DNA from: Lachnospiraceae bacterium
Lineage (GTDB): Bacteria; Bacillota; Clostridia; Lachnospirales; Lachnospiraceae
Assembly (NCBI GenBank): GCA_017619615.1
Contig: JAFZRY010000014.1
Coordinates: 26,914-90,913, forward strand
Length of the DNA: 64,000 nt
Direction of reading: 5' to 3'
Shown here: piece by piece, positions 52,136-64,000 of the stretch
Layout of the letters: each line of letters starts with the position of its first letter
Numbering within the stretch: position 1 is the stretch's first letter
The notes under the pieces: model-generated
Told to the model about the DNA's origin: nothing
Database searches by the model: none
Seen by the model: only the letters and a program-made list of their open reading frames with translations
Translations under genes and position numbers: made by a program

Positions 52136-52179
52136 CTCAAAAATGTCAGGGCCGCTCCATTATAGCGTAGATTTTCCTC

Positions 52180-52237
52180 TTGACAAATACCGTCCGGGGG
52201 TATACAGTATAGGCGGAAGATACCCCTGGGCGGTATC
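52180..52237 (+). promoter_or_regulatory. csoR-copA promoter (TTGACA-N17-TACAGT) with two CsoR-type operator palindromes
   Basis: ATACCGTCCGGGGGTAT (52187-52203, inside the spacer) and GATACCCCTGGGCGGTATC (52219-52237). Confidence 0.7.
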
Positions 52238-52263
52238 GATGATCAAGAGAGAAGGAAGAATTC

Positions 52264-52559
52264 ATGGATAATACATGCTGCCACGCCAAAAAGTTGCGGG
52301 ATGAAGAGGAAAAGAGAAATCTGATGAACCGGCTGAAACGGATCGAGGGCCAGGTGCGCGGGCTGCAGAACATGCTGGAGCAGGACGCGTACTGTCCGGA
52401 TATCCTGATCCAGGTGTCGGCGGTGACCCAGGCGCTGAACAGTTTCAATAAAGAGCTGCTGGCGGAGCACATCCGCAGCTGCGTCGTGGAGGACATCCGC
52501 GCGGACAAGCTCGAGACCATCGACGAGCTGGTGGAAACGCTGAAGAAGGTGATGAAATA

Positions 52560-52560
<1 letters not shown>
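52264..52560 (+). CDS. csoR: CsoR-family copper-sensing transcriptional repressor
   Basis: RLKRIEGQVRGL…YCPDILIQVSAV with the C-H-C ligand pattern; 98 aa. Confidence 0.9.
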
Positions 52561-55166
<2,606 letters not shown>

Positions 55167-55188
55167 TTAACAAAAACAATTCATTTGA

Positions 55189-55218
55189 GGGCGGGGCGGA
55201 AAGCCCTTGCCCTTTTTT
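55189..55218 (+). terminator. Intrinsic terminator after copA
   Basis: GGGC…GGGC / GCCC…GCCC interrupted stem followed by TTTTTT. Confidence 0.65.
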
Positions 55219-55296
55219 CTTTCCTATGGTAAACCTGAAGGGTCGGAGACGAACGGAAATCTATCCCGAAACAATTATTTTTCAAGGAGGCGCCTG

Positions 55297-56412
55297 ATGA
55301 AAGTCGGTTGCGTAAAAGAGATCAAAAACAATGAGAACCGTGTGGGCCTGACCCCGGACAATGTCAAAGCGTACGTCCGCGCCGGCCATGAAGTCCTGAT
55401 CCAGAAAGGGGCCGGCCTCGGCTCCGGTTTCACGGACGAGCAGTACGTGGCGGCAGGAGCCCAGATCCTCTCCACGGCCCGCCAGGTCTGGAGCAAGTCT
55501 GAAATGATCGTCAAGGTCAAAGAGCCCCTGGAACCCGAATATAAACTGATGAAGAAGGACCAGATCCTGTTCACCTACCTGCATCTGGCCGCCGACAAGG
55601 AACAGACCGACGCCCTGCTGGAGCGCCAGGTCAAGGGCGTCGCCTACGAGACCCTCGTGGAACGCGACGGCTCCCTGCCGCTGCTGATCCCCATGAGCCA
55701 GATCGCCGGCCGCCTGTCCATCCAGGAAGGCGCCAAGTATCTGGAGAAGACCTTCGGCGGCGAAGGCGTGCTGCTGGCGGGCGTGCCCGGCACTCCCAAG
55801 GCCAACGTCGTGATCCTGGGCGCCGGCACCGTGGGCACCAACGCCTGCAAGATCGCCGTCGGCATGGGCGCGAACGTGACCATCATCGACATCAACTTAA
55901 AGCGTCTGGAGTACCTGGACGAGATCTTCGGTTCCCGCATCCAGACCCTGGTCTCCACGGACGCCAATATCGAAAACGCCGTGAAGGAAGCCGACCTGGT
56001 GATCGGGTCCGTGCTGATCCCCGGCAAGTCCGCCCCCAAGCTGTTCAAGAAGGCTTACCTGAAGGAAATGAAGCCCGGCGCCGTCTTCGTGGACGTGGCC
56101 GTGGACCAGGGCGGCTGCGGCGAGACCACGCACGCCACCACGCATGACGATCCGATCTTCGTCGTGGACGGCGTCGTGCACTACTGCGTCGGCAACATGC
56201 CCGGCGCCGTGCCGCGCACTTCCACCATCGCCCTGACCAACGCGACCCTGCGCTACGGCCTGCAGATCGCGAACCTGGGCCTGGAGAAGGCCTGCCAGGC
56301 GAACCCCTGCATCTACTCCGCCATCAACACCTACGCGGGCAAGCTGACCTGCAAGAACGTGGCGGACAGCTTCGAGGGCTACGAGTACACGGACATCCGC
56401 ACGCTGTTCTGA
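55297..56412 (+). CDS. ald: Alanine dehydrogenase
   Basis: MKVGCVKEIKNNENRVGLTP N-terminus and GAGTVG NAD fold; 371 aa. Start with AAGGAGG RBS. Confidence 0.93.
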   Translation: MKVGCVKEIKNNENRVGLTPDNVKAYVRAGHEVLIQKGAGLGSGFTDEQYVAAGAQILSTARQVWSKSEMIVKVKEPLEPEYKLMKKDQILFTYLHLAADKEQTDALLERQVKGVAYETLVERDGSLPLLIPMSQIAGRLSIQEGAKYLEKTFGGEGVLLAGVPGTPKANVVILGAGTVGTNACKIAVGMGANVTIIDINLKRLEYLDEIFGSRIQTLVSTDANIENAVKEADLVIGSVLIPGKSAPKLFKKAYLKEMKPGAVFVDVAVDQGGCGETTHATTHDDPIFVVDGVVHYCVGNMPGAVPRTSTIALTNATLRYGLQIANLGLEKACQANPCIYSAINTYAGKLTCKNVADSFEGYEYTDIRTLF

Positions 56413-56458
56413 TGAATGGCGGCGGGGCCGCAAGGGGAACCCGCAGAATATACACAAT

Positions 56459-56490
56459 AAAAAAGCATCCGGTCCGCCGGATGCTTTTTT
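56459..56490. terminator. Bidirectional terminator between ald and mscS
   Basis: A6-GCATCCGG-tccg-CCGGATGC-T6. Confidence 0.85.
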
Positions 56491-56509
56491 ATATTGTCCC
56501 GCTGCGATT

Positions 56510-57535
56510 TTATTCTTCCGCCGCGGTCTGTCCCGGCGCAACTTCTTTTTCCTGCTCCGCCTGATGCACCACGACCTGCGTGAACGGGATCTCGATCCCC
56601 GCCTTGTCGAACGCGATCTTGATCTCGCGGTTCATGATGCGCGGCGCGGAGAACACGTTCTTCTCGTCCACCTGTCCCACGAACTTCAGCACGACGCCGG
56701 AATCGCCCAGTTCCTGGACGCCCAGGTAGCGCGGATCCGCCAGGAATACCTCGGGATACTTCTCCCGGATCTTCGGCATCAGTTCCGCGATCACTTTCTC
56801 CACGTATTCGATATCGGAAGAGTAAGCGATGCTGACGTTCGTGACCGCCATACTGTCGGAAGAGGAGCGGTTCAGCACGTTCCGCAGGTCGGAGTTGTTG
56901 ATGATCTTGATATTGCCGCCCGGGTCTTTGACGCAGGTGGTTCGGATCCCGATGCTCGTGACCGTCCCGCGGAAGCCGTTGATCTCGATGATGTCTCCCA
57001 CGTTAAATTCGTCCTCGAACACCAGGAAAACGCCCGTGACCATATCCTCCACCAGGCTCTGCGCCCCGAAGCCGATGATCAGGGCTAAGATCCCGATGCT
57101 GGCGAAGATCGTGCTGATATTCACGCCGATCGCGGAGAAGCACCAGATCACGCCGATGATGACGAGCACGTAGCTGAGCGCGCTCCGCATCAGGGAGACC
57201 AGGCTCCTGCCCTTGCCGGACTTCGGATTGACCTTGCTCAGCACGAAACTGAGGATCTTATAGATCAGGATGACAGCCAGGACGACCGCGATCACCTGGA
57301 ACAGCGAGACCCAGCTGATGCTGATGCTCTGCGAGATCTTCCCCACGTCGCCGAAGGTCTTGACCCAGGCTTCCTTCAGCTTTGATTTCGCGTCCTGGGA
57401 CAGGAAGGGGATCAGCGACGGGTTGGTGAGCAGCAGGAATACGATCAGAATGGCCGCCCAGAGGATGATCTGGGTGATGTTGACTTTCTTCCGCTCCCTT
57501 ACAGGGGTTTCGTTGGCCGGTGCTTTGTTTTCCAT
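56510..57535 (-). CDS. Small-conductance mechanosensitive channel (MscS family)
   Basis: Three to four TM helices followed by FNVGDIIEINGFRGTVTSIGIRTT, the MscS beta-domain signature. Confidence 0.85.
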   Translation of the reverse strand: MENKAPANETPVRERKKVNITQIILWAAILIVFLLLTNPSLIPFLSQDAKSKLKEAWVKTFGDVGKISQSISISWVSLFQVIAVVLAVILIYKILSFVLSKVNPKSGKGRSLVSLMRSALSYVLVIIGVIWCFSAIGVNISTIFASIGILALIIGFGAQSLVEDMVTGVFLVFEDEFNVGDIIEINGFRGTVTSIGIRTTCVKDPGGNIKIINNSDLRNVLNRSSSDSMAVTNVSIAYSSDIEYVEKVIAELMPKIREKYPEVFLADPRYLGVQELGDSGVVLKFVGQVDEKNVFSAPRIMNREIKIAFDKAGIEIPFTQVVVHQAEQEKEVAPGQTAAEE

Positions 57536-57630
57536 AATGTGTCTCCTTCTGACTGACTGTCGGTCGGTTTGTATTCTGTCATGACCGGGCCCTTCCGCGG
57601 GCCGCGGTCCGGAAATGCGCTGTCCGGGCG

Positions 57631-58950
57631 TTACGGCGCCGGCGAGAATTTAACGTGCAGCGAATGCACGGTCCCTTCTTCGTCCGTCATGACGCCGTAC
57701 ACATATGTGGTGCCGTAACTGAGCTCCGCCTGCTGCAGGACGGTCAGCGTGCCGCCTTCCATCTGCTGGGGCTGCAGCGCATAGATGCCGCCTTCAAAGG
57801 TGGTGGCGTAAATGTACAGGGCCGCGCTGTTTTCGATGTCCGGGCTGCCGTAGATATCCACGGTCACGTCCCGGTCGATCATCAGGCAGCTGGGGCTGAA
57901 TTCGCTTTCCATGTACAGGCCCACGCCCGATGTCTGCGTGTCGTTGACGGCCAGCGAGCCGTCGCCGGTGATCGTCAGGGATCCGCCGAAATACCAGCCC
58001 CAGATCCGGATGCGGGACAGGCGGTTTTCGCCGTGCAGCTCGATGGTGAAGTTGTTGCCCATCAGGTTGGCTTCCAGGGCCAGGTCGCCGCCGTCAAAAT
58101 CCGTCAGGGTCAGTGTGTTGGTGTCGGCGTCGTAGTGCGCGCCGCGGTCCGTCAGGTCCACGATGTCGGGGAATTCCTGGGTGCGGTCGACGCCCACGTG
58201 GATCGGCAGCGTGCCTTCCTCCTCGTTCCCCATGATCAGGTATTCGCAGCCGGGCTCCAGGTAGATGTTTTTGTTGTCATCCACCGGGTTTTCCAGGTAG
58301 TCGTTCGGGTATTCATAGGTGTTGGTCCAGTTGGCGGAGGAGTATCCGTTGGGCCAGGGATTGATCAGGACGGGGAATTCGTCGTCGTAAACGGGCTCGG
58401 TGGTGGGGGCTTCCGTGGTAGGGGCCTCGGTGGTGGGAGCCGCAGTGGTGGGAGCTTCGGTGGTCGGCGCCTCCGTCGTGGGCTCCTCCGTGGTCGGATC
58501 TTCCGTCGCCGGTTCTTCCGTGGTCTCGGGGGCGAAGGTCTCCGAAGGGTCGGTCTCAGGGATCTCCGTGAGCGGGACTTCCGTGCCGGGGATGGTCGGC
58601 TCCGAAGCCGTCGGGTCCATCACTTCATGAGACGCATAATGAGAAGGGTCCGCGAAGGGGTCTTCCCGCAGGAAGTCGCGGCCCATGGCATCGGTCGTGG
58701 CGGCGACGGCGATCAGGGCGGCGGCGATCAGCGCCATCAGACGGAAGCGGGTAGCCCCGGCCTGCCCGGACGGGGCCGGCCCGGCTGCCCCGGTGTTCTC
58801 ATTCCATTCCAGCCCGGGATCCGGCGCGGGGAAATCACCGGCTTCGGAAGCAGGGGAAGCCGGTTCGCGGAAATCCGGACCGGGAGAAGAGAATTCGTCC
58901 CCGTCTTTCCTGTTCCGTCTGTTTTTCTTGAGCAGATCCTGCAGTTTCAT
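57631..58950 (-). CDS. Membrane-anchored extracellular protein with (TTEAP)n linker and beta-rich C-terminal domain; uncharacterised
   Basis: Start at MKLQDLL (GAGG RBS). Basic N-terminus, one TM helix (FRLMALIAAALIAVAATT), TTEAPTTEAPTT repeats, and about 250 aa with no motif recognised. Confidence 0.6.
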   Translation of the reverse strand: MKLQDLLKKNRRNRKDGDEFSSPGPDFREPASPASEAGDFPAPDPGLEWNENTGAAGPAPSGQAGATRFRLMALIAAALIAVAATTDAMGRDFLREDPFADPSHYASHEVMDPTASEPTIPGTEVPLTEIPETDPSETFAPETTEEPATEDPTTEEPTTEAPTTEAPTTAAPTTEAPTTEAPTTEPVYDDEFPVLINPWPNGYSSANWTNTYEYPNDYLENPVDDNKNIYLEPGCEYLIMGNEEEGTLPIHVGVDRTQEFPDIVDLTDRGAHYDADTNTLTLTDFDGGDLALEANLMGNNFTIELHGENRLSRIRIWGWYFGGSLTITGDGSLAVNDTQTSGVGLYMESEFSPSCLMIDRDVTVDIYGSPDIENSAALYIYATTFEGGIYALQPQQMEGGTLTVLQQAELSYGTTYVYGVMTDEEGTVHSLHVKFSPAP

Positions 58951-59025
58951 GACATGCCTCGCCTGAAACATAATAGCATCTTTGCGGGCCGGATACAAGC
59001 CGAAAACTGCGGATTTGCGTTTTAC

Positions 59026-59054
59026 TTGCTTTTTTACAGGCTCTTTGATATAAT
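59026..59054 (+). promoter_or_regulatory. Putative promoter TTGCTT-N17-TATAAT of the LCP/CapD/DegT cluster
   Basis: Read directly, 67 nt upstream of the LCP start. Confidence 0.5.
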
Positions 59055-59120
59055 ACTGCGGAAAGGCAAAGGAGTTTTTTTCTGATGCCTTGAATGTCGT
59101 TAAAAAAGAGAGGTTAATAC

Positions 59121-60890
59121 ATGAGTTTTGGGGATAAGGAACTGACAAACGACAGACCGGCGGAGTATGAGGCCGGGAAGGACGTTTCCCGCAGCCGGCG
59201 GAATCAGAAGGCTGAGACCGGCGGCAATCTGCCCGGCATCCTGATCACGGGGCTGTTCGTGCTGGTGGAAGGCTGGTTCTTCCTGCAGCTGCTCCGCTTC
59301 AAACTGCTGCCGGCCAAATACATGGTGCTGATCGGCGCAGGCCTGCTGCTGCTGGCGGGGCTGGTCTGCTTTCTGTGCTGGAGCGTTAAAAAACGCACGA
59401 AGTTCATTATCGGCGCGGTGCTGGCCCTTCTGGCGAGCGCGGGCCTGATCATCGGCACCGGCGTCATCAATAAGGTGCACGGCAGTATCAAGAACTGGGA
59501 AGCGCCCACGACCGACGCGCATCAGACGGTCTCCATGGGCATTTACGTCCTGAAGGAGGATACGCTGTCCGCGGTGGAGGAACTGACCGGCTCTGTAGTC
59601 GGCATCCTGCAGACGGTGGACCGCAGCGAATCCGAACAGGTCCTGGACGAGATCGCGCCGAAAATGAAGGAGCCCCTGCAGGTCAGGACGTACGGTAGTT
59701 TTGCGGAAGCCATCAAAGGCCTGTATGCGGGCGAAGTCCGCGCCATCATCCTGAACAAGGAATTCATCGAAGTCCTGGAGGGAATGGACGAATTTGCGGA
59801 CGTCAAGGACAAAGTCCGCCTGATCACGGATTATTACGCGGAAAGACCCACGCAGGTCGCGACGCTTCCTTCGGACCCGGCGGCTTCCACGGCGGAAGGC
59901 ACCGACGGGGAGTCCACCGACGCTCCGCACCACGGGACCCGCAGCTGGAAAATCATAAAGCCTTCGGCTACGGAAACGGAAGAGCAGGAGACGACGGAGA
60001 GCCAGTCGGTACCGGTCTACACGGAAGAACTGCCCGAAGGAACGATCGGGACGGCTCCGCCGCCCACGGAACCGCCCACGGCGGGCCCGATCCAGGTGCC
60101 GGAAGGCCAGGAGGGACGGATCTTTACCGTCTATATCTCCGGTCTGGACACCCGCGGCGGCGGCCTGCCTACCCGCGGCAACAGCGACGTAAACATCCTG
60201 GCCGTGGTGAACATGAACACGCATCACGTGCTGCTGATCAGCACGCCTCGCGATTTCTTCGTGCCTTTCCCCACCGTGGGCGGGGCCCGGGACAAACTGA
60301 CCCATGCGGGCTATTACGGCGTGGACGCCAGCATAGCGGCGCTGCGCAACCTGTACGGCGTGGACAGCCAGTATTTTGTCCGGGTCGGTTTTGACGGTGT
60401 GAAAAAACTGGTGACCGCCCTGGGCGGCGTCACGGTCTATTCCTCCTATTCGTTTACGGCCGGCGGGTACAGCTTTACCCAGGGGACCAATCATCTGAAC
60501 GGTGCGCAGGCGCTGGCCTTCGCGCGCCACCGCCGCGGCATGGAAGGCGGCGACCGCGCCCGCGGGAACAACCAGCTGGCCCTGCTCAAGGGCATCATCC
60601 AGAAGATCGCCTCGCCGTCCACGCTCGGCCGCCTGAACTCGGTGCTGGATGCCGTGAGCAGCCTGATCCAGACCACGATCCCGTACGATACCATCGCCGC
60701 CTTCAGCCAGAGCGCCCTGGGCGGAGACAACTGGACGGTCGTGCACTACAGTGTGAACGGCTACAACGGGATGGAATACAGCTTCTCGGTGGGCGACACG
60801 CGGTTCGTCATGTACCCCGACTACGGGACGGTAAGCTACGCGCAGTCCCTGATCCGGCGCGTTTACAACGGAGAGATCGTCAGTCCCTGA
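59121..60890 (+). CDS. LCP-family (LytR-CpsA-Psr) cell-wall glycopolymer transferase
   Basis: N-terminal TM helices. LCP core FTVYISGLDTRGG…SDVNILAVVNMNTHHVLLISTPRDFFV…FARHRR. Confidence 0.88.
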   Translation: MSFGDKELTNDRPAEYEAGKDVSRSRRNQKAETGGNLPGILITGLFVLVEGWFFLQLLRFKLLPAKYMVLIGAGLLLLAGLVCFLCWSVKKRTKFIIGAVLALLASAGLIIGTGVINKVHGSIKNWEAPTTDAHQTVSMGIYVLKEDTLSAVEELTGSVVGILQTVDRSESEQVLDEIAPKMKEPLQVRTYGSFAEAIKGLYAGEVRAIILNKEFIEVLEGMDEFADVKDKVRLITDYYAERPTQVATLPSDPAASTAEGTDGESTDAPHHGTRSWKIIKPSATETEEQETTESQSVPVYTEELPEGTIGTAPPPTEPPTAGPIQVPEGQEGRIFTVYISGLDTRGGGLPTRGNSDVNILAVVNMNTHHVLLISTPRDFFVPFPTVGGARDKLTHAGYYGVDASIAALRNLYGVDSQYFVRVGFDGVKKLVTALGGVTVYSSYSFTAGGYSFTQGTNHLNGAQALAFARHRRGMEGGDRARGNNQLALLKGIIQKIASPSTLGRLNSVLDAVSSLIQTTIPYDTIAAFSQSALGGDNWTVVHYSVNGYNGMEYSFSVGDTRFVMYPDYGTVSYAQSLIRRVYNGEIVSP

Positions 60891-60911
60891 GGACCGGCGG
60901 AAACCTGATTT

Positions 60912-62873
60912 ATGATAGAAACATCGACCAAGCGCAGAAAAAAGAAACTGATCGAACACTGGCACATCATCATGATCCTGATGATGGCGGCGGATTTCGT
61001 GCTGATCCACGCGGCCTATTTTCTGGCCCTGTGGATGCGGTTTGATTTTGTCTTTTCCAGTATTCCGAAGACCTATTTTTCCGCGTACCGGAGTTTCATC
61101 ACCTATTATGCGGCCGGCTGCATCCTCCTGTTCTGGTTCATGCGGCTGTACCGCAGCATCTGGCGCTTTGCCAGCTACATGGAACTGCTGCTGACCCTGG
61201 GCGCCTCCGTGCTGGCCTCGGCGGCCCACACGGTCCTGATCATCCTGCTGGTGCGCCGGATGCCCACTTCCTATTACCTGCTGGGCGGCGTGCTGCAGTT
61301 CGTGTTCCTGCTGGGGGTCCGGTTCTCCTACCGCTTCCTGCTGCTGCTGCGCCGGAAGAAATCGGACGGCCCCGTGGAGCGGCTCATGCTGATCGGCGCC
61401 GGCTCGGCCGGGCAGATGATCCTGCGCGACATCAACCACGGCGGGGACCAGCACAGCCGGGTGGTCTGCATCATCGACGACAACCCGAACAAATGGGGCC
61501 GCTTCGTGGACGGTGTGCCGGTGGCCGGCGGCCGCGACGACATCCTGGCCGCGGTGGATAAATACCGGATCAACAAGATCTTCTTCGCCATCCCGAGCGC
61601 TTCCGCGGCGGACCGGCGCGATATCCTGAATATCTGCAAGGAGACCGGCTGCGCCATGAAGCAGCTGCCCCGCCTGTACGCGGACAGCGACGACAAGATC
61701 TCCGCGCTGGCCATGCGCAACGTGTCCATGGAGGACCTGCTGGGCCGTGAACCCATCAAGACGGACCTGGATGAGGTGTTCCGCATGATCCAGGGCAAGA
61801 CCGTGCTGGTTACGGGCGGCGGCGGATCCATCGGCAGCGAGCTCTGCCGGCAGATCGCGTCCCACCGGCCCGGCCGCCTGATCATCTTCGACATTTACGA
61901 AAACAACGCCTACGACATCCAGCAGGAGTTAAAGCGCTCGAATCCGGAACTCGATCTGAAGGTGCTGATCGGTTCCGTCCGGGACAGCCGCAAGGTGTTC
62001 GAACTGTTTGAAACCTACCGGCCCCAGATCGTGTACCACGCGGCGGCGCACAAGCACGTCCCGCTGATGGAGGACAGCCCCTGCGAGGCCATCAAGAACA
62101 ACGCCATGGGGACCTACAAGACCGCCTACGCCGCCATCGTGCACGGCTGCGAGCGCTTCGTCCTGATCTCCACGGACAAGGCGGTGAACCCCACCAACAT
62201 CATGGGCGCCAGCAAGCGTCTGTGCGAGATGATCATCCAGGGTTTTTCCATGATGATCAAGGAAGGACGGGCCTCGGAGATCCCGCAGCTCTTCACGCAT
62301 GAAGAGTCGCACCACAACCTGGATGCCGCCAGCATCGATTTCTCCAAAGTGAAGACCGAATTCGCCGCGGTGCGCTTCGGCAACGTGCTGGGCAGCAACG
62401 GCTCCGTGATCCCGCTGTTCCGCAAGCAGATCGAAAACGGCGGGCCGGTCACCGTCACCCACCCGGACATCATCCGCTATTTCATGACGATCTCCGAAGC
62501 CGTCAGCCTGGTGCTGCTGGCCGGGACCTACGCCCGGGGCGGCGAGATCTTCGTGCTGGACATGGGCTCGCCCGTGAGTATCGACGCCCTGGCCCGCAAC
62601 CTGATCAAACTGTCCGGGTACCGTCCGGACAAGGACATCAAGATCGTCTACACCGGGCTGCGCCCCGGCGAGAAGCTGTATGAAGAGAAACTGATGGCGG
62701 AAGAAGGCATGCAGAAGACTGCCAACGACCTGATCCACATCGGCAAGCCCATCCCCTTTGAACCGGCGGTGTTCTTTGAACAGCTGGAGGGGCTGATGCT
62801 GGCTGCCTACAAGAACAAACGGGATATCAAGGAACGGGTGGCGGAAGTCGTCCCCACTTATCATCTGGAGTGA
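60912..62873 (+). CDS. Membrane-bound NDP-sugar 4,6-dehydratase/epimerase (CapD/PglF/WbpM family)
   Basis: Four N-terminal TM helices; VLVTGGGGSIGSEL Rossmann fold; YHAAAHKHVP; VRFGNVLGSNGSV. Confidence 0.88.
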   Translation: MIETSTKRRKKKLIEHWHIIMILMMAADFVLIHAAYFLALWMRFDFVFSSIPKTYFSAYRSFITYYAAGCILLFWFMRLYRSIWRFASYMELLLTLGASVLASAAHTVLIILLVRRMPTSYYLLGGVLQFVFLLGVRFSYRFLLLLRRKKSDGPVERLMLIGAGSAGQMILRDINHGGDQHSRVVCIIDDNPNKWGRFVDGVPVAGGRDDILAAVDKYRINKIFFAIPSASAADRRDILNICKETGCAMKQLPRLYADSDDKISALAMRNVSMEDLLGREPIKTDLDEVFRMIQGKTVLVTGGGGSIGSELCRQIASHRPGRLIIFDIYENNAYDIQQELKRSNPELDLKVLIGSVRDSRKVFELFETYRPQIVYHAAAHKHVPLMEDSPCEAIKNNAMGTYKTAYAAIVHGCERFVLISTDKAVNPTNIMGASKRLCEMIIQGFSMMIKEGRASEIPQLFTHEESHHNLDAASIDFSKVKTEFAAVRFGNVLGSNGSVIPLFRKQIENGGPVTVTHPDIIRYFMTISEAVSLVLLAGTYARGGEIFVLDMGSPVSIDALARNLIKLSGYRPDKDIKIVYTGLRPGEKLYEEKLMAEEGMQKTANDLIHIGKPIPFEPAVFFEQLEGLMLAAYKNKRDIKERVAEVVPTYHLE

Positions 62874-62877
62874 TCAC

Positions 62878-64000
62878 ATGAGCATCATCGATTTCAGAAA
62901 CGACGAACGGTTTGCGGGCATCGCCCCGTTTGAAAGCAAGGTCTGGCTGTCCTCGCCCACCATGCACGGGGAAGAAGCGTTCTGGGTAAACGAAGCGATC
63001 CGCACCAACTGGGTCTCCACCGTGGGCGAGAACATCAACGAGGTGGAACGCCTCAGCGCCGAAAAGATCGGCCGGAAATACGCGGTCGGCCTGTCCTGCG
63101 GCACCGCCGCCCTGCACCTGGCCATCAAACTGGCCGGGGAACGGCTGTACGGCCAGCCCGCCGTCGGCCACGGCAGCCTGGAAGGCCGGAAGGTCTTCTG
63201 CAGCGACATGACCTTCGACGCCACGGTGAACCCGGTGGCCTATGAAGGCGGCGAAGCGGTCTTCATCGACACGGAATACGATACCTGGAACATGGATCCC
63301 GCAGCGCTGGAAAAGGCCTTCGAGATCTATCCCGAAGTAAGGCTGATCGTGGTCGCCCACCTGTACGGCACGCCCGGCAAGGTCGCGGAGCTCCGCCGGA
63401 TCGCGGACGCGCACGGCGCCCTGATCGTGGAAGACGCGGCGGAATCCTTCGGCGCCACGTATGACGGTGTCCAGACCGGTATGTTCGGCGATTACAGCGT
63501 CATCAGCTTCAACGGCAACAAGATCATCACCGGCAGCGCCGGCGGCATGTTCCTGACCGACAGCGTCGAGGATGCGAACAAGGTCCGCAAATGGTCCACC
63601 CAGAGCCGCGAGGACGCCGCCTGGTACCAGCACGAGGAACTCGGCTTCAACTACCGGATGAGCAATATCATCGCCGGCGTGATCCGCGGCCAGCTCCCGC
63701 ATCTGGAAGAGCACATCGCCCAGAAAAAAGCGGTCTTTGAACGCTACCGGGAGAACCTGAAGGGACTGCCCGTGCAGATGAACCCCATCGATTTCACGCA
63801 CTCCGAGCCCAACTACTGGCTCAGCTGCCTGATCATCGACCCGGACGCCATGTGCCCCACCGTGCGCGGCGAAAAGGAAGCGGTGTACGTCCCCACGCCA
63901 GGCAAGTCCTGCCCGACGGAGATCCTGGAAGCCATGGCCGCCTTCAACGCGGAAGGCCGCCCCATCTGGAAGCCCATGCACATGCAGCCCATGTACCGCA
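62878..64000 (+). CDS. DegT/DnrJ/EryC1/StrS-family PLP-dependent sugar aminotransferase; 3' end beyond the window
   Basis: My own translation (ORF absent from the track because no stop lies in the window): MSIIDFRNDERF…GLSCGTAALHLA…VEDAAESFGA…SFNGNKIITGSAGGM (PLP lysine). Confidence 0.85.
   Translation, partial: MSIIDFRNDERFAGIAPFESKVWLSSPTMHGEEAFWVNEAIRTNWVSTVGENINEVERLSAEKIGRKYAVGLSCGTAALHLAIKLAGERLYGQPAVGHGSLEGRKVFCSDMTFDATVNPVAYEGGEAVFIDTEYDTWNMDPAALEKAFEIYPEVRLIVVAHLYGTPGKVAELRRIADAHGALIVEDAAESFGATYDGVQTGMFGDYSVISFNGNKIITGSAGGMFLTDSVEDANKVRKWSTQSREDAAWYQHEELGFNYRMSNIIAGVIRGQLPHLEEHIAQKKAVFERYRENLKGLPVQMNPIDFTHSEPNYWLSCLIIDPDAMCPTVRGEKEAVYVPTPGKSCPTEILEAMAAFNAEGRPIWKPMHMQPMYR

Overview
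A GC-rich, Firmicutes/Clostridia-type chromosomal segment (Oscillospirales-like gene content: PFOR, NfnAB, Fhs/FolD, GGAGG-type RBSs). About 90% is recognisable housekeeping or metabolic coding sequence. Left to right: (i) 1-3.1 kb, the right end of an integrated mobilizable element (relaxase plus tyrosine integrase), less GC-rich by eye and abutting the 3' end of tRNA-Ser(GCU). (ii) 3.2-12.6 kb, a plus-strand sugar cluster: DUF362, amylosucrase-like GH13, Cof-type HAD, PTS EIIBCA, HPr, EI, a YfcE-like phosphoesterase and fructokinase. (iii) A glycerate kinase/GntP operon, an M20 peptidase, a GAF (MsrC-like) protein, and a tightly coupled murG / PI-PLC-like / rhomboid operon. (iv) A ComEC-like MBL protein, a frameshifted small ORF, pgi, an MFS transporter and a PHP phosphatase. 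(v) 25.3-31.7 kb, the only clearly uncharacterised block: a 190-aa orphan, a HutD/Ves fusion, a 1037-aa lipoprotein with a single HELFH zinc-protease motif, and a 385-aa lipoprotein, with palindromic repeat copies at two of its convergent junctions. (vi) PFOR, a lipoprotein, metG, secA, prfB, an XRE regulator, fhs, folD, a DEDD exonuclease, TraX and nfnAB. (vii) A GtrB-like GT2 with a GT-C glycosyltransferase, csoR-copA, ald, mscS, a surface-anchored orphan, and the start of a cell-envelope glycopolymer cluster (LCP, CapD-like dehydratase, DegT aminotransferase running off the right edge). I found no CRISPR array, rRNA, IS element, reverse transcriptase or recognisable defence genes. I cannot demonstrate a novel multi-gene system. 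The best candidates for follow-up are the 25-32 kb orphan lipoprotein/metalloprotease block, a dispersed REP-like palindrome family (core GGGGACGGTTCYTTTGTCA), the TGACNC palindromes between the XRE regulator and fhs, and an in-frame SD+GTG just upstream of the C-terminal metal-binding domain of CopA. Many very long ORFs in the supplied track are GC-driven antisense shadows and were rejected.
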